From positions 87,811-151,810 of the IMG/VR virus record IMGVR_UViG_3300020203_000404: a stretch of 64,000 nt of DNA; one strand, 5' to 3'. The notes beneath the pieces are model-generated. The model ran no database searches. It was not told the DNA's origin and was given only the letters and a program-made list of their open reading frames with translations. The position numbers and the translations under genes are program-made. This document shows, piece by piece, positions 58,169 to 64,000 of this stretch. Numbering within the stretch: position 1 is the stretch's first letter; each line of letters opens with the position of its first letter. Source of the stretch: a virus.

Positions 58169-58417
58169 TCATGCTTCGTAGAAAACAAGGGCTTCTTGTT
58201 TCTCATCCCAGGACATATTCACTAACCCAAGCTCAACCAGACGCATAAGATCTTCGTTAATCGCCAGAGTAGCAATCTCTTTGAGAAGCTGGTCGTCTGT
58301 GAAGCAATCTGGCATTCGCGAGATGGCCAACATAGTAATGTACTCGGAGCATTCGCCGTCAACTGAGACGCGGGAGCACTCTTCAAGAGGCTTGAAATAG
58401 TCAGATTTATTGTGCAT
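58169..58417 (-). CDS. Hypothetical protein
   Basis: AGGAG RBS before MHNKS; winged-helix-like end LVELGLVNMSWD. Confidence 0.5.
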   Translation of the reverse strand: MHNKSDYFKPLEECSRVSVDGECSEYITMLAISRMPDCFTDDQLLKEIATLAINEDLMRLVELGLVNMSWDEKQEALVFYEA

Positions 58418-58655
58418 AATTTCTCCTAAACAGTTTTGTGTATATACGTTCAAATGCTTCGTAGAGGCGTTTTGCCATAGACAAAACTAACTCCTCTTTT
58501 TCTTTTTCAAGCGATTCAGACGTAAGGTGAACTTGCGATACGTCTACACCCTTAGCGTGTAAGTCTCGATTCGAGACTAGTGATTTACGCTTAAGGCCGC
58601 GAGTTGCTGCTTGGTCCAACAAAACGTTCAATGGTTTAGCTTTTAAGTGTGTCAT
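58407..58655 (-). CDS. Hypothetical protein
   Basis: Coupled ORF. Confidence 0.5.
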   Translation of the reverse strand: MTHLKAKPLNVLLDQAATRGLKRKSLVSNRDLHAKGVDVSQVHLTSESLEKEKEELVLSMAKRLYEAFERIYTKLFRRNYAQ

Positions 58656-58976
58656 AATTGGTAATATTAGCGGTAACGATTGTCACTTTTGCCGTCACGA
58701 AAACATAATCACTTTTGTAACGACGTATGTTAATCTTCCAGGTCTTCGCCATATTGGGCGAGCGGCAGAGGTATAGGTTTGGGTGTTGCGGTCGGCCATA
58801 TTTTCTTGACGCCCTTAATGACTAAGCCGCCAACAATGAGGCCGCCAAGGATGACGGAGTACACCATACACATTCACTCACCATCCTTTTCGAGTTGTTC
58901 GATTATCATCTAATAGGGCTCGTTTAGATCGAAACTGTAGTTTGATTTGCATGTCTTAGGATACCCCATCTAGGGG

Positions 58977-59219
58977 CTAAGTCAAGTCCTTTTCAAGTTC
59001 CTTACGCAGAACCTCCACACACTTATCACAAACCTTACCAGAGACATCATTGAGGCGACCGAGGTCGATACCCATCAGTTTGGTGCCGCAAATGGCGATT
59101 GTGCCTGCCTTGGCGGGTTTATTTTCGTTGCGGATGATGTGGGCGAGCGGAGGCCAGGAGGGCGGAACCTCGTCCATCATGGGTTCGATTACAGGTTCAG
59201 TCAGTGTTTCTTTTGTCAT
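58977..59219 (-). CDS. Small zinc-binding protein (DUF3039-like)
   Basis: AH...AICG...VCDKC. Confidence 0.5.
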   Translation of the reverse strand: MTKETLTEPVIEPMMDEVPPSWPPLAHIIRNENKPAKAGTIAICGTKLMGIDLGRLNDVSGKVCDKCVEVLRKELEKDLT

Positions 59220-59696
59220 TTTCAAGCTACTCCAATAAGGAAGTTGGCGGGTTAGATCTTATTCATTTTCAAGCCGCTCCAAATTTATCATAGTAAAAGA
59301 AGAAAACAAACGGCGAGTCATCATGGCGGAACCAGACCTGTGGCTACGAGGTGACACCGAGGCGTTCCTTGAAAACGAAAAGAGACACCAGGGGGCGATA
59401 CTCGTTAGGGTCTATCCTTCTCTTTTTGTTATAGTTTTTGTTTTCCTGTGCTCACACACGAGCACTAACACATTGGCAGCTTCTCAGCCTATGAAATATT
59501 GCAGTGTTTGGCTCGCCCGCAAGCACTTCGTGGTCCGGCTGGGCATGTCGGCCCTCCCCCTAGCCTGCGTGCATTCTACGTGTCTCCAGATGTAAAAAAG
59601 TGTGTTTGAATTTTCTTGAAATGGATCAGTACCCCGCCGCACACTGAACCCCAGCTTCCCAGTCGCCGTAGTCGCCAGTGCCTTTTCGGTACTCAT

Positions 59697-59957
59697 GTCT
59701 GCATGATAGTACTGTTTCGAGCTATTGTCAAGAAGTTTCTTGAAAAAGAAAAAAGTAGTTGCACACCTATCCTTTTGGGTGTACTCTTGAATGCAGGAGC
59801 CCAGCTAAGGCTCGCAAGATAGGTTCCGCAAACCCCAGTCCGGCGGTTTGGCACAATCCAGCAAATTGTGGTGTTTTGCGTGTAAACGCTATACGTCTGT
59901 TGCCTATCCTGCACTTTTCAAGTAATAGCTTGACATTACGAGGAATCGTGATATGAT
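59697..59957. promoter_or_regulatory. Divergent promoter pair at the transcription divergence point
   Basis: Minus: TTGACA-17-TATCAT (59703-59731); plus: TTGACA-16-TATGAT (59930-59957). Confidence 0.7.
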
Positions 59958-59982
59958 AGAAGTGGCTTGAAAAAGTCAACAC

Positions 59983-60061
59983 TGCGGAGTAGAGAAGCCC
60001 GGCTGTTCTCGTCTGCCTCATAAGCAGAAGATCGTGGGTTCGAATCCCACCTCCGCTACCA
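59983..60061 (+). tRNA. tRNA-Met(CAU), initiator-like
   Basis: TCTGC-CTCATAA-GCAGA arm; 1:72 mismatch; CCA. Confidence 0.88.
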
Positions 60062-60099
60062 TTTATCGAAGCACGAAGACTTGCGGAACAAGGAGCGGC

Positions 60100-61206
60100 G
60101 TGAAGGTACAGCGTGGTTACAAGACCGAATTGAGGTTGAACGACAAACAACGAACCGCATGTCTCAAACATGCAGGGGCGGCTCGTTACACCTACAATTG
60201 GGGCTTGAGCCAGAAGAAGATGGCATACGAGAACGGCGAAAAGACGCCCAACGCCATCGAACTCCACCGCCGACTCAATGCTCTCAAACCGACTGAACTG
60301 CCGTGGATGTACGCAGTATCAAAGTGCAGCCCACAAGAGGCTCTACGCAATCTGGATCGTGCCTACGATAACTTCTTCAAGAAGCGGGGCAAGTTCCCAA
60401 AGTTCAAGAGCAAAAAGAATGGCATCGGCGGCTTCCGGCTGACTGGCACAATCAAGGTTACGGAGAACACGGTGCAACTGCCCCGGCTCGGTGTCCTGAA
60501 ACTCAAGGAACGTGGCTATTTGCCCACGGACGCCAAGATACTGTCAGCAAGCGTCTCAGAACGTGCTGGACGCTGGTTCGTGAGCATTCAGGTCGAGGAA
60601 GACCTACCAGAGTACAACGGCGTCAAGGACGAGCATGACGTGGTTGGCGTGGACTTGGGCATCAAGACGTTGGCAACCGTGAGTGATGGTACGAAGTACG
60701 AGAACCCGAAGCCGTTGAAGACGAAACTCAGAAAGTTGAAGAAACTCCAGCAGAGCGTCAGCCGGAAGGTCAAAGGAAGCCAGAACAGGAAGAAAGCGAC
60801 CAAGAAAGTAGCCCGACTCCATCTCAGGATCAGCAACGTCCGCAAGAACACGTTGCACAAGATGACGACGACTTTAGCGAAAACCAAGCGGGTTGTCGTG
60901 ATCGAGGACTTGAATGTGTCTGGCATGATGAAGAACAGGTGCTTGTCTCGGTCGATAGCCGATCTTGGCTTGTTTGAATTACGAAGACAGTTGTCCTATA
61001 AGGGCGGCTGGTATTCTTGCAAGATCGTGCCAGTGGACAGGTTCTTCCCATCCAGCAAGACGTGTAGCGTCTGCGGGGAGATCAAGGAAGACTTGACACT
61101 GGCTGATCGAGAATGGGATTGTGGCGGTTGTGGTACGCATCATGACCGGGATCACAACGCATCAGTTAATTTAGAGAACGTCGCTGCAAGTTCTGTAGAG
61201 ACGTAA
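60100..61206 (+). CDS. tnpB: TnpB RNA-guided endonuclease
   Basis: AGGAG + GTG start; HTH; RuvC GVDLG / IEDL / DRDHNA; CSVC..CGGC zinc finger. Confidence 0.95.
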   Translation: MKVQRGYKTELRLNDKQRTACLKHAGAARYTYNWGLSQKKMAYENGEKTPNAIELHRRLNALKPTELPWMYAVSKCSPQEALRNLDRAYDNFFKKRGKFPKFKSKKNGIGGFRLTGTIKVTENTVQLPRLGVLKLKERGYLPTDAKILSASVSERAGRWFVSIQVEEDLPEYNGVKDEHDVVGVDLGIKTLATVSDGTKYENPKPLKTKLRKLKKLQQSVSRKVKGSQNRKKATKKVARLHLRISNVRKNTLHKMTTTLAKTKRVVVIEDLNVSGMMKNRCLSRSIADLGLFELRRQLSYKGGWYSCKIVPVDRFFPSSKTCSVCGEIKEDLTLADREWDCGGCGTHHDRDHNASVNLENVAASSVET

Positions 61207-61340
61207 AACGCCTGTGGAGAGGGAAGCTCTGGTCATGAACTTGTCGTTCATGACGAAACTGCCTTCTGTGAAGCAGGAATGGAACAGGGGATTTGGGGCG
61301 TTTTTGCGTCTTCCAGATTTCCGTAGGTTTTCAGGAACGG
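61190..61340 (+). ncRNA. Putative TnpB omegaRNA scaffold / IS right end
   Basis: ACGCCTGTGGAG...GTCATGAAC/GTTCATGAC hairpin...TGAAGCAGGAA...GAACGG end. Confidence 0.65.
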
Positions 61341-62026
61341 TCAAACCCTGGCGTCTCTTTTCCTTTTCAAGGAACTGCAAAGGACAATTTGCAGGACATG
61401 GCTCGAAAAGGTAGAGCTCCTATGGCTACTGCACTATTCTCAAAAGAACAAGTGGCGTTACTATATGCCGCTGGCGTCTCTTCGACACGAATCGCTCGTT
61501 AAATGGTGTACACTACAAGAGTTATGGCGGTCCAATTAGAGACCGGGGGTCGAGAAAATGGGGTAATAGATATTCCCCTGGGAGTACCGGGGTGCGTAAA
61601 AAATACGTCTAAGACTTAAAAATGAAATTCTGAATAGACATGAGAGAAAACTCTGGAAGTCTGTACAATTCGCTTACTTAGCGTTTCCCAGAAATTTCAG
61701 CGGCTTCGTCACCGTCCTTACTAGTGGCTTGAAAAAGAAGAACTGGGGGCGGGCGTGCTCAACTCCCATCCCCATAGGAGGAGCACCACCCGTCGCCGTG
61801 GCCCTTGGCCCGCCTTCGCGACACCCTATCTTACTCCATTTTCAAGCAATGTCAACAAGGATCCACGATTTTCGTCCCTGATGTCGGATCTTCCAGGGCG
61901 ACCGTATCTCGTTGACAGTTACATGTTATCATCGTTTTCAAGCGATGTCAATAAGGATCCACGTTTTCAAGTGGAACGGGCCTCTCCCCGCGTCAAGTCT
62001 AGTTGCGGAACCGCAACAGAGGTAGA

Positions 62027-62122
62027 TGGATGCCCTGAAAGGATTTACACCTAAGTCTTTCGCACCGTTTCCTAGGACTGCGTGCGGCTGTTCTGTTTCT
62101 TGTGTTTTTGAACTACAGGGCG
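62027..62122 (-). ncRNA. tRNA-like RNA with its own promoter
   Basis: GCCCTG/CAGGGC acceptor, GTTC/GAAC D stem, 3' CCA; TTGACT-16-TATGAT upstream. Confidence 0.5.
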
Positions 62123-62261
62123 GACATATCATACCATCGTTTTCAAGATAGTCAAGCGGAACGCTTGAAAAAGAAATCGCCCGCCTCATTTGACATTCCC
62201 ACGGATCGGCGTATCATATGGAGTACCGCCAATCGGCACGAACCAACAACGGAGAATCGAC

Positions 62262-63146
62262 ATGACTCAAGCAACGACCGACTTCCTGAACCGCGAAAAC
62301 ATGAACTACAGCGTGCAAAGCGTACCGGCTCCGCATCCCGTGTATCGTGATCGGAACGTCGAGGGACAATACCACCTTGTTCGCTCCACGGACAATGTCG
62401 TAGTCTCGTTGAAAACCGTCTCGAAAAGGTACGTCGCGACGTGCCCGATTGACATGATCGCCCCGATCGCCCCTCTGATCGCCGAGGGCTGGGTGACGCC
62501 TGAGCGAGGTTTCATGCTCTCCGAAGGGTCGCACGAGATGCTGGTGTTCAAGATCGACGGCGGCAAGCTCGACAACGGCGGTAGGGTCGATGGTGAGGAT
62601 TGGGACCACTTTTTCCAGCTTCACAACTTCCAGGGGTCTGGATCGTTTTTCGGCTCGCTCTTCGCCCGGCGTCAGGTCTGTTCAAACGGTGCCGTTCGCG
62701 TCGTGAGCAAGGGTAACGGGTTCCGTCTCCGCCACATGGGAGCCCTTCAAGCGAAGTACGAAGATGCGATGCGAACGTGGGAAGATATCCAGGTCGAGAT
62801 CCGCAAGCTCTCGAAGCGGATGACGCTCTGGAACGGTCAAAGGCTGACCTACTCCGAAGCCGTCGCCCTTTTCAACATGATCTATGATGTCGAGGATCCG
62901 AGCGACATCGCAACGCGGACGGAAAACGAACTCAAGTTTGCGATCAGCGAGTTCTCGAATCCAGGCCGTGGCACCTACGGCAAGACCGTTGCGGATGTCT
63001 ACAACGCGATCACGGCGACAAATACGCACTACGCCCCCAAGGGTAGCCGCGAGACGGAAACGAAGCGGATGTCAAGCCTTTTCAATCCGAACGGCTCGCG
63101 GAACCTCCTCGAAGGTCGGGCAATCGAAGTGCTGTCGAGCCTCTAA
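62262..63146 (+). CDS. DUF932 family protein
   Basis: RQVCSNG, RLRH, GTYGKT..DVYNAIT. Confidence 0.75.
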   Translation: MTQATTDFLNRENMNYSVQSVPAPHPVYRDRNVEGQYHLVRSTDNVVVSLKTVSKRYVATCPIDMIAPIAPLIAEGWVTPERGFMLSEGSHEMLVFKIDGGKLDNGGRVDGEDWDHFFQLHNFQGSGSFFGSLFARRQVCSNGAVRVVSKGNGFRLRHMGALQAKYEDAMRTWEDIQVEIRKLSKRMTLWNGQRLTYSEAVALFNMIYDVEDPSDIATRTENELKFAISEFSNPGRGTYGKTVADVYNAITATNTHYAPKGSRETETKRMSSLFNPNGSRNLLEGRAIEVLSSL

Positions 63147-63147
63147 T

Positions 63148-63192
63148 TAGTCCGGGGTGGCGGTTGACAAGACCGCCACTCCGGACTATACT
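63148..63192 (+). promoter_or_regulatory. Promoter with -35 in a 17-bp hairpin loop
   Basis: TTGACA-17-TATACT; arms TAGTCCGGGGTGGCGGT/ACCGCCACTCCGGACTA. Confidence 0.7.
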
Positions 63193-63200
63193 CTAACCTC

Positions 63201-63362
63201 ATGGGACATCGCTGGGATCGTGACTACAATCGAGCCTCTAGACCACCTCCCGACCTTATTGGTGACGCCAAGGGCGTTCTCACGGAATGGATCTTGCTGG
63301 CACTAGGGACCGCACTACTGGGGTGTTTCATCAAGTTTATGGGATGGAACACGGACGACTGA
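63201..63362 (+). CDS. Small membrane protein (53 aa)
   Basis: ATG after the promoter, one TM segment, followed by a hairpin. Confidence 0.5.
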   Translation: MGHRWDRDYNRASRPPPDLIGDAKGVLTEWILLALGTALLGCFIKFMGWNTDD

Positions 63363-63365
63363 CTA

Positions 63366-63391
63366 GGGGGCGGCTCTTTTGAGCCGCCCCC
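63366..63391 (+). terminator. GC-rich hairpin
   Basis: GGGGGCGGCTC-TTTT-GAGCCGCCCCC. Confidence 0.65.
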
Positions 63392-63585
63392 AATTCTTGA
63401 AAAGGAGTTGACAGCCGATCTATACGGCTGCCATTTTGGCAGCCATAATCCTACGGTGGCCCCCGGTCCTCCACCATGACGCTGAACTATATCACACGAA
63501 ACGTGTTACGTCAAGCCGATGGCTCAACCGTCGGCTCAAAGTGATTTTTGTTTGACAGACCGCGAGAATGATGTATCATTAAAAC

Positions 63586-63921
63586 ATGAAAACCATCACG
63601 CACACGAACCCGAACGGCAAGACCGTTCAAGTCAACGTCGGCTCGAACGTAACCATCGGCTATGGCGTAACCATCTGCGAGAACGTGACCATCGGCGAAT
63701 ACGCGAACATCGTCGATGGTTCGCACGTCGGCTCGTACTCGACCATCGGCAAGAACGCGACCATCGGCAAGAACGCGATCATCCGCGAGCACGCGACCAT
63801 CGGCAAGAACGCGATCATCCGCGAGCACGCGACCATCGGCGAGAACGCGACCATCGGCAAGAACTCGTACATCGGCAAGAACGCGACCATCGCCCCCGGC
63901 TCAATCGTCGGCTCAAAGTGA
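63586..63921 (+). CDS. LbH hexapeptide-repeat protein, cassette 12 (111 aa)
   Basis: Same caps and repeats. Confidence 0.9.
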   Translation: MKTITHTNPNGKTVQVNVGSNVTIGYGVTICENVTIGEYANIVDGSHVGSYSTIGKNATIGKNAIIREHATIGKNAIIREHATIGENATIGKNSYIGKNATIAPGSIVGSK

Positions 63922-63962
63922 TTTTTGCTTGACAGACCGCGAGAATGATGTATCATTAAAAC

Positions 63963-64000
63963 ATGAAAACCATCACGCACACGAACCCGAACGGCAAGAC
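63963..64000 (+). CDS. LbH cassette 13 (truncated by window end)
   Basis: MKTITHTNPNGK. Confidence 0.8.
   Translation, partial: MKTITHTNPNGK

Larger units (their letters stand above)
63515..64000 (+). repeat. Third block of the cassette array, inverted, running off the window
   Basis: 3'-cap remnant (ADGSTVGSK*), promoter, full cassette, promoter, start of the next cassette. Confidence 0.93.

Noticed and set aside
59460-59600. Possible riboswitch
   Set aside because: No convincing match to glycine, ZTP or c-di-GMP consensus by eye.
45910-64000. Diversity-generating retroelement or integron as the mechanism
   Set aside because: No reverse transcriptase or integrase in this window, and variation is modular rather than adenine-specific. 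An enzyme elsewhere in the genome cannot be excluded.

Overview
This window looks like part of a large (jumbo-type) dsDNA bacteriophage genome. One secreted-domain gene weakly suggests a Planctomycetota host. 1-22 kb (+ strand): IMPDH/GMPR, IscA, a glycosyl-/methyltransferase and GDP-fucose (fcl, gmd) cluster interrupted by related HNH endonucleases, class II RNR, ThyX, virion/tail-like genes and a possible holin. 22-59.7 kb (- strand): PhoH, peptide deformylase and Met aminopeptidase, UDG, a sigma factor, RNA-repair genes, NADAR, macrodomain, a NARP1-like NAD+ reconstitution pair whose NAMPT-like gene is split, about 13 tRNA or tRNA-like genes, rIIA/rIIB and an AAA+ ATPase. Right of a divergence point near 59.7 kb lie a tRNA-Met followed by an intact tnpB with its omegaRNA, promoter-driven non-coding segments and DUF932. 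The standout feature is a family of at least 13 gene cassettes in three blocks (45.9-48.2 and 49.9-52.6 kb on -, and from 63.5 kb on +). Most carry the same 41-bp leaderless sigma70-like promoter. All share constant N- and C-caps around a variable, reshuffled run of 18-bp modules encoding uninterrupted left-handed beta-helix hexapeptides. This looks like a recombination-diversified beta-solenoid repertoire. All calls come from reading motifs by eye; no searches were run.
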